Shown here: in pieces, positions 28,222-36,900 of the stretch | Numbering within the stretch: position 1 is the first letter of the stretch | Layout: every line of letters begins with the position of its first letter | IMG/VR virus record: IMGVR_UViG_3300037796_000113 | Location: 1 to 45,708 of that record | Origin: a virus | Taxonomy: Duplodnaviria > Caudoviricetes | DNA length: 45,708 nucleotides | Strand: one strand, 5' to 3' | Made by a program: the position numbers and the translations under genes | Notes under the pieces: model-generated | Database searches by the model: none | What the model saw: the letters and a program-made list of their open reading frames with translations, nothing else | What the model was told of the DNA's origin: nothing

Positions 28222-28617
28222 ATGGGTTACAATCCTCAAGACAAGTCATTCAAGATCGGAAATCAAGTCCTGCATGAGCAGGACTTGGAGTTTCCAGTGG
28301 AGTACAATGGGCAGACATTCTACATGAAATACCCGACCCCGCCGCTCAAGGCAGCGATGGAATCTGAGATTGCGCGCCGTCTCAATGGGTATCCCCGCTC
28401 ATCTTTCGATGCTGATCATCTCGCATGGGTGGAGGCAATGGTCTATGTAGATACGCTCGTGGTGAAGGAAAAAAGCCCACCGTGGTGGGATGGGGCATGG
28501 AATTGTTTGGATGAGGAGGCAATAGTAACCCTTTACAACGGTTACTATTCGTTTCGTTCGCAACTACGAGAACGATTGCGTAAGGGCGAGTTTCAAACAA
28601 GCGGCCAGAGCGAATAG
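28222..28617 (+). CDS. Tail assembly chaperone (gpG-like)
   Basis: Between tube and tape measure; AAGGAG SD. Confidence 0.7.
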   Translation: MGYNPQDKSFKIGNQVLHEQDLEFPVEYNGQTFYMKYPTPPLKAAMESEIARRLNGYPRSSFDADHLAWVEAMVYVDTLVVKEKSPPWWDGAWNCLDEEAIVTLYNGYYSFRSQLRERLRKGEFQTSGQSE

Positions 28618-28882
28618 TCTCGATCTGTGGGTGATCCATCATTTTCGAGTACTTCCGACTGATCCCCGATTCAAAGAATTGACCGAGAATCAGAAGGTGT
28701 TGCTCTTTCACGGGTGGGTTCACAATGCGAACTCTGATGATCTGTATCGCCATCAGATACGCAAGGATCAGGAACCGGGGGTAACCCAAGAAGATGAAGC
28801 TACTTTTCGGAGTGCCGGATATTCGACTGAACAGATCAATCGCATAAAGAGCGAATTGAGAAAGGCGGGTTACGATGCCTGA
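28553..28882 (+). CDS. Tail assembly chaperone C-terminal part (gpT-like), probably reached by +1 frameshift
   Basis: +1 frame open 28529-28882; W....F.VLPTDPRF..LT..Q motif; no clear SD before GTG 28631. Confidence 0.6.
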   Translation, partial: FVRNYENDCVRASFKQAARANSLDLWVIHHFRVLPTDPRFKELTENQKVLLFHGWVHNANSDDLYRHQIRKDQEPGVTQEDEATFRSAGYSTEQINRIKSELRKAGYDA

Positions 28883-30917
28883 CATTGAAAGTGAAATTAG
28901 GCTAAAGAGTAGCGGCGCTGATCAGGTAGCTCGTGACCTCCAGAAGATAAAAGAAGCCGCAGACAAGACATCTGATTCTCTCGAGGGGGTGCAGGGGGAC
29001 TATACCTCCGGAATGCGCGATCCCTTTTCTCGGGCTATTAGTCAGAGTGCTGTGCAGTCTACGCAAACAGCCCGGGATATTCGAGAACGACAGGATCGTA
29101 ACGCTCGTGAAATGGATCGAGCTGAATCACGAGAGTTGGCTACTCGGGATAAGGCTGATACCCCCGCGATCAATGCCCTCGCACAACGAAATAGACGGGC
29201 CCAAGAAGGGGTCGCTGGTGTGGCAGAGGGTGTGGAACAGATTTCACAGGGCGGCCCGGGTGGATTAGTTGGTGGAATCGGTGGAATGCTTGCCAAGCTG
29301 TTTAGCGGCCCCGTCGGGTGGGCCGCTCTTGCTCTTGGAGTAGGGTCAAAGTTAGGTGGGAATCAAGCCGAAAAGGCGTTTCAGTTTCACAGACAGGGGT
29401 ACTTGAGTGGAACGGTGCAACGATTGGGTATATCCGGAAAGCAACGCCGTGGTCTTTATGGCGAGATGATTGAATCGGGTATCGCCCCGGAAATGGTTGA
29501 ACAATACCTCTCCTCTCTCAGTCAATCCGGTGGAACCGTAGATATCGATGAAACAGTGAGCGAGGGCATTGATTTTGTCATGGATTTGGGAGCCGAGGCG
29601 TCAACAGTCGGACGACTCGCGGGTATGTCTCAGGCGATGGGGCTGGTGAGGGGGCCGGATCAAAGAAATGTTGTCGCGAATAGAGAAATGCTCAGTCGTG
29701 TTCTTCCAACCTTTGGTGAACAAAATATCAACACCTTTCTCGAGGGGATGCAGACCTTCTTACAGGGACAGCAACAGGCCTATAGCGGAGAAACCACCGA
29801 AGAAATGGTTCAGGATCAGGCGGCATTCATTACCTCGCTGCGTGATCAAGGATTGACCGCAAGTAGTGCTGTTCAATTAGCAAATCAAACAGCGGCCCGG
29901 GATCGACAAACATCCGGCTTTAGTAGTCCCACTGATATGATAGCTCTTCAGGCTATGCGTAAAGAGGGTGAACCCATTCTGGATACAATGGCTCGGATGG
30001 AAGCAAATCCAACGGAAACGAGAGAAGAGTTCGTAGATTATATCTCGGGAATGAGTGAATTGGCCCAAGTGATGGCAGTCCGAGAGCGCTATGGGGTCAA
30101 TGTCTCAGGTGCCCGACGGATTCTTTCCGGTGAGTTAGAGGGGAAAGAATATGAAGACTTGACGTTAGAGGAAATTGAAGCACGACAGGAAGAGAGGGCA
30201 ACCGAAGCAGTATTCAGTAGACAGTTCTTTGCCGGTATGCAAGATACTCTCCTTAAGGTGATTACACGCGTTGGAGAGGTAACTGGGATGTTCTCAGGAG
30301 GGGATGCAGCACAGATACGTCTCACAGAAAGTGGGGCTATTGGGGCAGATGAAAAACTCCGGGCTGAAAAGGCGGCCGAGGCTGCGCAGTTTGAGCGGGA
30401 CGTCATTGCAGAATCCGTGAACGTAAAAGGTGATAGTGTTAGCGTGATGCTGGAGCAGCAGGAACAAGAGCGGGGGAGTGAGAAGGTAGATTATTTCAGA
30501 GAGTTCGGCGTGGATCTCGCGAATACGAATCCCAATAATTTTGGAGCGATGGATGCCGGGGTTTCGATAATGGGGATGACTGGGGCGGAACCATCGATTC
30601 CTGAGCGGGAATTGATAAAAGCTGCGGTGAGTGAGGGAGCCGATGAAGATAAGGTCACACAGATCATCAATGATGAGCGTAGTAAGTTAGGAGCAGCCAT
30701 TCAAACGGTTGACTCCATGTTTGGAGATGATGAGGGGAAGAAAGAATTAAGGACATTTCTAAATGTCGTGAAAGCTCATCTTGAAGGACTAATCACCAAA
30801 ATTGATGAGCAGACTGGTATAACGGAAAAAGCGCTTCGGGAAGCTCTTGGACTCAATACTGTACAATCTGATGATAGACCCGATTCATCGACCTATAATC
30901 CATACGGAAACTATTGA
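28875..30917 (+). CDS. Tape measure protein
   Basis: Helical, Gly/Ala-rich hydrophobic segment (GPVGWAALALG); follows the chaperones. Confidence 0.75.
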   Translation: MPDIESEIRLKSSGADQVARDLQKIKEAADKTSDSLEGVQGDYTSGMRDPFSRAISQSAVQSTQTARDIRERQDRNAREMDRAESRELATRDKADTPAINALAQRNRRAQEGVAGVAEGVEQISQGGPGGLVGGIGGMLAKLFSGPVGWAALALGVGSKLGGNQAEKAFQFHRQGYLSGTVQRLGISGKQRRGLYGEMIESGIAPEMVEQYLSSLSQSGGTVDIDETVSEGIDFVMDLGAEASTVGRLAGMSQAMGLVRGPDQRNVVANREMLSRVLPTFGEQNINTFLEGMQTFLQGQQQAYSGETTEEMVQDQAAFITSLRDQGLTASSAVQLANQTAARDRQTSGFSSPTDMIALQAMRKEGEPILDTMARMEANPTETREEFVDYISGMSELAQVMAVRERYGVNVSGARRILSGELEGKEYEDLTLEEIEARQEERATEAVFSRQFFAGMQDTLLKVITRVGEVTGMFSGGDAAQIRLTESGAIGADEKLRAEKAAEAAQFERDVIAESVNVKGDSVSVMLEQQEQERGSEKVDYFREFGVDLANTNPNNFGAMDAGVSIMGMTGAEPSIPERELIKAAVSEGADEDKVTQIINDERSKLGAAIQTVDSMFGDDEGKKELRTFLNVVKAHLEGLITKIDEQTGITEKALREALGLNTVQSDDRPDSSTYNPYGNY

Positions 30918-30939
30918 TGAGGATGCAAACAGGAGATAA

Positions 30940-32364
30940 TTGCGCATGATTCGAACACCTCGCATCCGGATAACAATCGAACGGTGGAATTGGTCATCCG
31001 ATGGAACGTCGGACCTCATCGATTCTACTGATATTAAATCAAAGGGACTTGGATATTCTTGGCAGAAAAGCATTAAGAATCCCGCCGGAAGTGTCTCGAT
31101 AAACGTGTTTCCAAATCACGAGGGAAACCACCTATTGGATGCTGTGAATCCGATGGATGTGGTGAAGATATGGGAGTTTGATACCCTCAAGTTTCAAGGG
31201 TTCATTCGAAATATAACCTACTCCGGAGCCATGCAGACAGATGGAAAACCACAGCGTATGGGGGTGATTGACGCTACCGGGATGACCGGACTGCTCATGG
31301 AATCTGCGGTGTCGTTTAACCTTGGATTCATTGATCCGGAAACGACTGATAGCAAACTCGAGGCACTACTTGAAGCCGCTGCTACGTTGTTTGAAACCGT
31401 TGTAGACAGTGGTAGTGATGGTAATACGACCTATTCTGAGATCGTACAGGCGGTCATTGATGGATGGTTGAGTGCGGTTGATGAATTGGTGGGAACCGGT
31501 TATCGGAATTATTTCGAACGATACATTGATTATACCACAGGTCTGAGTTCGGAGGCTGCTCCGGGACTCCCCCGGGATCTCAACAAGTTGTTTACGGGAA
31601 TGGAACAACAACTCACCATATGGGACATTTTGCAGAAACTTATTGAGGCCCCATTTCAGGAATTGTGGGGGGATGAGGGGCCGCGACAGGTATCTCTTGA
31701 TCAATCTCCAACGGATCTACAAGAAGAGAAATCCTATGTGATCATGCGTCAGACCCCGTTCAATGGGGCAATTTCATTCACTACTGGGGCCAAAGAAGAT
31801 CGGTTTGATGCAATGACCGAACGGAAGATACCATTAGATTATCTTCTTTCGTTCAGTTGGTCACGCACGATGGATGAATCGTATTCAGTGTTCTTTGCGG
31901 TTCCGGTTGTTCTACAAGTCGACCAACAGTATGCCGCCGCGAGTGGAAGTCTGGCCATAAACGAAGAAACCTTAGCTAAACACCTCTATCGTCCGCTGCA
32001 ATATAACCTGTATTACATTCGATCCGGGGGAGAAGCCAATTCTGCCTCGGTGTCCGATACCGAAAGAAAGGCATCGAACGCCTCTCAGACGCTCAAGAAT
32101 TGGTTTGAACACAATGACAAATACCTCAACGGAACGATTCGGATCATGGTACCTGATGAAACAGATATCCCTGATATACGAATTGGGGAACGGGTTGCCA
32201 TAGAGGGGATTAACGGGCACTTCTACGTCGAATCCGTGAGCCATACGTGGCAATATGGTGGAACTCTGGCTGCTGATATTGGATTGACTCGGGGGTGGGA
32301 TTATCAGAATCAAAGTCAGGTGAAGCTCGTGAACTCTATCTTTTCGAGGGCTACGACTTCATGA
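30940..32364 (+). CDS. Baseplate hub protein
   Basis: C-terminal LNGTIRI..DIRIGERV..FYVESVSHTW..LTRG motif. Confidence 0.7.
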   Translation: MRMIRTPRIRITIERWNWSSDGTSDLIDSTDIKSKGLGYSWQKSIKNPAGSVSINVFPNHEGNHLLDAVNPMDVVKIWEFDTLKFQGFIRNITYSGAMQTDGKPQRMGVIDATGMTGLLMESAVSFNLGFIDPETTDSKLEALLEAAATLFETVVDSGSDGNTTYSEIVQAVIDGWLSAVDELVGTGYRNYFERYIDYTTGLSSEAAPGLPRDLNKLFTGMEQQLTIWDILQKLIEAPFQELWGDEGPRQVSLDQSPTDLQEEKSYVIMRQTPFNGAISFTTGAKEDRFDAMTERKIPLDYLLSFSWSRTMDESYSVFFAVPVVLQVDQQYAAASGSLAINEETLAKHLYRPLQYNLYYIRSGGEANSASVSDTERKASNASQTLKNWFEHNDKYLNGTIRIMVPDETDIPDIRIGERVAIEGINGHFYVESVSHTWQYGGTLAADIGLTRGWDYQNQSQVKLVNSIFSRATTS

Positions 32365-33038
32365 AAAGAACCAGTCTAATCCGAGCCAGAACTACACAAA
32401 ACGCGGTACGCCATCCAAATCGAGTGCCGTATATGACCGCCCCGTTTCTTGCAACAGTCGAGGCGGTACATACAGAGACAATGACCTGTGATGTGGTGGC
32501 GGGGCCTCGGGAGCTTCAAAACAAGAAAATCGGATTTCGGTTGAAAAACTTGCCTGTGATCACCGCCGTGGGGATTGATGAGGATGAACAGATATATGGA
32601 ACAAATGACCTCTATGAAGTCGGAACCTTGGTCATCGTTCTCCCCATTGGATCAGCACACACGACGTATGTGATTCTTGGAGCACTCGCTCCCTATCTCT
32701 ATTCGGCCTTCAAGAGCGGACAGACCCCGGTGAACTCGAGCAACAAACAGTTCGCTCAGAAGTTACTTGAACCGCTGGAAAAACTCTATCGAAAGATCTT
32801 CCGAAGTGGTACTTCCGTGGAGGTATTGGAAGACGGTACCATACAGATAGAAACCCCGAGTGGAACCTATATTCAGATTGATGAAGCAAACGGAGTCGTT
32901 ACCATAGAAGATCAACACACCAATATCGTGACTCTCGATTCTAATGGAATGAAACTCGAAGATACGAATGGGAATGTTATCGAGATGGGAACAACTTCTG
33001 TCATCATCAATGGGGGAAATCTGGAGGTACTACAGTGA
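32361..33038 (+). CDS. Baseplate central spike protein
   Basis: OB-fold-like N-terminus and beta-helix repeats (SGTSVEV, SGTYIQID, NGNVIEM); ATGA overlap. Confidence 0.7.
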   Translation: MKRTSLIRARTTQNAVRHPNRVPYMTAPFLATVEAVHTETMTCDVVAGPRELQNKKIGFRLKNLPVITAVGIDEDEQIYGTNDLYEVGTLVIVLPIGSAHTTYVILGALAPYLYSAFKSGQTPVNSSNKQFAQKLLEPLEKLYRKIFRSGTSVEVLEDGTIQIETPSGTYIQIDEANGVVTIEDQHTNIVTLDSNGMKLEDTNGNVIEMGTTSVIINGGNLEVLQ

Positions 33039-33400
33039 GTGATTTATTGGCCGTAAACGGCTGTGTTTTGGCAGATACCTCCGCTACTCCCGGGGCCCCC
33101 GCCATTACGATCACGTCTCTTCCGTCTCTCAAGGTGAAAGTTGGGGGAGCCGGTGCCTTTTCCGGGGGGATTGCCATTAGTGTTTCAGGAACCGACGGAG
33201 CCGGGTGTACCCTCAATTCTCCTGTCACAGCGGTGATTCCTCCGGGCGCTACAAAAGCTCGGGTGGATGGGGCCCTTGCAAACATTGTTGGAGATAAAAT
33301 AGCTGTCAGTGGCCCGGGAACCAGTGGGGATGATAGCTGTACAGCAGCCTTCATCATTGAAATTGTGGGTGCGGGACAGACGAAAACACAGGTGGTCTAA
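33035..33400 (+). CDS. Spike tip (PAAR-like) protein
   Basis: Small G/A/T-rich protein after the spike; ATKARVDG...GD, AGQTK motifs. Confidence 0.55.
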   Translation: MSDLLAVNGCVLADTSATPGAPAITITSLPSLKVKVGGAGAFSGGIAISVSGTDGAGCTLNSPVTAVIPPGATKARVDGALANIVGDKIAVSGPGTSGDDSCTAAFIIEIVGAGQTKTQVV

Positions 33401-33402
33401 AC

Positions 33403-35046
33403 ATGGCGAGCCCGAGATGGTTACAAAAGAGTTGGCTCTTTGAAATTGTGGACAAGGAATCTAACGTAGTCGACGAGTCGTTCACCCTCATCTTTCCCCC
33501 ACAGAGCGTGGATATTCGTGAATCGCAGCGTGTGAGCATCACCAAGACCTTTGGGAATGCAATTGTCGATGATTATGGCCCGGATAATCTTGAGATCACC
33601 ATTAAGGCTATTTCCGGAACCACACATGTGTTTCCCACGTTCACAACCAAGGGAGAACAGGCTCCGTTTGATTCCGGACGCGTGGAACGGTTTGGACAGC
33701 GAGCTACACAAACTGAACTCGGAGAACCGGTGTATGATGCCGTTTCGAGCTTCTATACCTTTCGCAATAAGATCATGCGATATAAGGAGAACTTCGATCC
33801 TTATAGTGCAAAGGAATTGCGTGTTTATGATCTCGGAGATCAACAAGCATATCGGTGTATTCTTCTAGAGTTCAATCTTTCGAGAACAGCGGATCAACCG
33901 CTACGATATCCCTTTACGTTGAGTCTCTTTGTCTATGACAAAATGGATTCGGCTGAGTTCAAGCGAGAGCAGATAAAGAAACAAGTGATCCAAACCGGTC
34001 GTGATCAAAGACAGGCTCTATTAGAAGCACGGAGTCTCTTGGAACAGGCACGAGAGCTTTATGCCGGGGTAAACAATGTCCTGAATAAGATACACGCGGT
34101 GATAGCACAGGTTGATCTGGCTCTGACCCAAGTAGCATCCGGTGTGCAACAGGTGGCGGGACTCGTTCAAGGTGTGGCCGAACTTACAGCCACGCCATTA
34201 GACTTGAGTAAGCGATTAGCTGTACTCACTGAATCTGCCATTGCATCGGTTCGTGATGCCTATCTGGCTGGGAGATCCACATTCAATCAGTATATGAACG
34301 CTAAGTCGATATTGAATCAACAGTGGAGAAATGTCATCGAAGTGTTCAATACGGAAATAGAACGCGGTGCCCAATCGGCAAAGACCGTCGGAAAACCGAT
34401 AGATACTGGAGTCAATGCGGCCGGGGCTCAACAGACTGAGATTCAAACATACAACTATTCCGGATCGCGGGCGTACCGTGTACGCGCCAATGATACACTG
34501 CAGACGATAGCTCAACAGGAACTCAATGATGAAGACCTGTGGTATTACATTGCGCAAACGAATGGGATCACAAGTAACGCCGACTTGTCTGCCGGACAGG
34601 AGATCATTATTCCAGTACAAATTGACCAGAATAGTGCATTGAACGATGCCTTCATTATCACTGAGAACCCATTGCGAAACCCGTACGGAACAGATATAGC
34701 CCTTTCTTCTACGGGGGAACTTCTGCTCAATGATCAGGGAAATGACTTTCAATCCAAAAGCGGAATCGAAAATGTGAAACAGGCAGTAGATATCAAGTTC
34801 ACTACTCCGATTGGAACCATGATCAAACAAACCGCCTTTGGATTGTCGGCACAGATCGGATCGGCAGGAGATGAGTTAGCCTTGGCCTATCTACAAATGA
34901 GTATGAAATCAACCCTCCTTCTCGACCCGCGAATAGTAGAAGTGAACAATTTGGTCATATCTATCGATGGTGGGACAATTGCTGCTACAATGGATTTAGG
35001 CATAGTTGGAAGAGAAGAAGTATTGCCTGTTTCGGTGAATCTGTAG
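33403..35046 (+). CDS. Baseplate protein: tube-initiator-like N-terminus + LysM + gp25-like C-terminus
   Basis: YRVRANDTLQTIAQQEL...W..IA..NGI..LSAGQEIIIP (LysM); GIENVKQA..TP.G..FG..DPRI (gp25-like). Confidence 0.75.
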   Translation: MASPRWLQKSWLFEIVDKESNVVDESFTLIFPPQSVDIRESQRVSITKTFGNAIVDDYGPDNLEITIKAISGTTHVFPTFTTKGEQAPFDSGRVERFGQRATQTELGEPVYDAVSSFYTFRNKIMRYKENFDPYSAKELRVYDLGDQQAYRCILLEFNLSRTADQPLRYPFTLSLFVYDKMDSAEFKREQIKKQVIQTGRDQRQALLEARSLLEQARELYAGVNNVLNKIHAVIAQVDLALTQVASGVQQVAGLVQGVAELTATPLDLSKRLAVLTESAIASVRDAYLAGRSTFNQYMNAKSILNQQWRNVIEVFNTEIERGAQSAKTVGKPIDTGVNAAGAQQTEIQTYNYSGSRAYRVRANDTLQTIAQQELNDEDLWYYIAQTNGITSNADLSAGQEIIIPVQIDQNSALNDAFIITENPLRNPYGTDIALSSTGELLLNDQGNDFQSKSGIENVKQAVDIKFTTPIGTMIKQTAFGLSAQIGSAGDELALAYLQMSMKSTLLLDPRIVEVNNLVISIDGGTIAATMDLGIVGREEVLPVSVNL

Positions 35047-35055
35047 GAGAAAAGC

Positions 35056-36138
35056 ATGGCCTTTCGCGTTAAAGATTTTGATGACATCGTTTCAGACATG
35101 GTCGCCTATATCGTGGCAAATGCGGATGAGATTAGCGATCTGACACCGGGGAGTGTGATTCGCTCATATGCCGAGGCGTCTGCACTGGCCGTGGAAGAGT
35201 TGTATGTTTCAACCTATTTGGAGTTCCTCAATTTCCTCCAGACCATGAAACCGCAGATATTCGAGTTTGAGCGGAAAACGGGCACCAAAGCGACCGCATC
35301 GGTAGTCTTCGCACGTACGGGAACGTCTGGGTTGGTATCCATTCCAGTGGGTACGACCGTCGCTACGTCCGCAGATCTTGAGTTTGTCACAACCGAAGCT
35401 GGGGAGATTGCTGACGGGTCTTCCACCTCGACAAGTATAGAGGTAGAGGCGTCGAAGGTTGGGGATAAGTACAATGTACCCGCAGATGCTATTGATACGA
35501 TCGTTGATGATGTCGATGGAGTTGATTCGATTGACAGTTCCACAGCGGTAACCGGAGGGGTGAATATTGAATCTGATTTGCAATATAACAATCGGTTCCA
35601 AGCCTTTGTTGAAGGGCTCGGACGAGCTAATGTTGCCGGACTTGAGGCGGGGGCCCTTGAAATAGACGGAATTACCAGTGTCAGCGTAGTCGAAATCTTT
35701 CCCCCATCGGCTCCTGATTATCAGACCGTAGACCTCTATGTTGATGATGGAAGTCCCACGGGTGTTTCTACTGCAAAGATTGCTGAGGTTCAGAGTCAGA
35801 TTGATGGAGATGGAACGGCCGAGAATCCCGGTTATCGCGCGGCAGGGATACGTGTTTTAGTGCAAAAACCTCAAGTGGTGACCCAACCTGTGGCAATCAC
35901 GGTGACCCCGGTTTCCGGTGTGGATACGGAACAAGTGGCAACGGATATCGAGACGGCGGTGACTGCCTATGTCAATGCACTGGGCGTGGGAGCTGACATC
36001 ATTCTCAATGCACTGCGTCGTGAGGCCATGGAGGTATTCGGGGTCTATGATATTGATATCACCGATCCCACTGACAATGTCACAATCAATGCGACACAGG
36101 TCGGGCGACTATCCGACATCAGTATCACTTTTGCATAA
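35056..36138 (+). CDS. Baseplate J-like wedge protein
   Basis: KDFDDIV, DLTPGSVIRS, G.KYNVPA..I, TGGVN.ESD, YRAAGI. Confidence 0.9.
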   Translation: MAFRVKDFDDIVSDMVAYIVANADEISDLTPGSVIRSYAEASALAVEELYVSTYLEFLNFLQTMKPQIFEFERKTGTKATASVVFARTGTSGLVSIPVGTTVATSADLEFVTTEAGEIADGSSTSTSIEVEASKVGDKYNVPADAIDTIVDDVDGVDSIDSSTAVTGGVNIESDLQYNNRFQAFVEGLGRANVAGLEAGALEIDGITSVSVVEIFPPSAPDYQTVDLYVDDGSPTGVSTAKIAEVQSQIDGDGTAENPGYRAAGIRVLVQKPQVVTQPVAITVTPVSGVDTEQVATDIETAVTAYVNALGVGADIILNALRREAMEVFGVYDIDITDPTDNVTINATQVGRLSDISITFA

Positions 36139-36147
36139 GGGGAGAAT

Positions 36148-36900
36148 GTGGCTGGTTCATTTGTTGAACTCATGAATAAAACACTCCCAAAGCGGATCAA
36201 CCGTGGGGGGAGTGTGCATACGGCGCTTGTTGGCCAAGAAGACTTCATCCCCGAATCCACCATTTCTGATTCTTCAAACTTCAATTGTGGAGCCCTGTGT
36301 AATGAGTTTGAGTTCGCCCGAAAGGTGACCCGTTATTATGCGAGCGCACTGCGGATTGATAACGCTGAAGGTGAGGAACTTGATGCGCTCATAACGAATC
36401 TGATTGATCTTCCACGTCGATCTCGGAGTGAGGAAGATGCGGTGTATCGTAGTCGATTCAAGTTTTTGGTCGTCGCGAAGACGAATTATCGACGAATTAC
36501 GAAGTGGTCGATTCTAGATTCGGTGTCGTATTTCATTTTGCCAGAGAATGTAGAAATCGTTGAACCGTTTAACGATAGGGGACAGTATTTTCAGGTTCGG
36601 CTGAAAGGGATTGAATTGTCTGAGGGGGCTCTCTCTCTCGACGATGAGGTTGACGGATATTTGGATAATAACTTCCTCGCAGGTCCGGGTATTGGTGCCG
36701 AGGTGTCGTATATTGGAGCATTGGTTGATCGAGTGAAAGCCGCCGGGGTGGATTTTGATTTGTTGTTTATAAGTCAATACCAGACCTCTCTGACTTCGGA
36801 TATGAGAATCGGAACCGTACAACGGTATATGACTTCAGACTCGACGATCCATGCGATTCGATCAGTAACCAAGACAGCAGATGCGGAGATTGTAACATGA
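36148..36900 (+). CDS. Baseplate wedge protein (tail protein I-like)
   Basis: A.GEELD, R...EED..YRSR, VKAAGV motifs; follows baseplate J. Confidence 0.7.
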   Translation: MAGSFVELMNKTLPKRINRGGSVHTALVGQEDFIPESTISDSSNFNCGALCNEFEFARKVTRYYASALRIDNAEGEELDALITNLIDLPRRSRSEEDAVYRSRFKFLVVAKTNYRRITKWSILDSVSYFILPENVEIVEPFNDRGQYFQVRLKGIELSEGALSLDDEVDGYLDNNFLAGPGIGAEVSYIGALVDRVKAAGVDFDLLFISQYQTSLTSDMRIGTVQRYMTSDSTIHAIRSVTKTADAEIVT

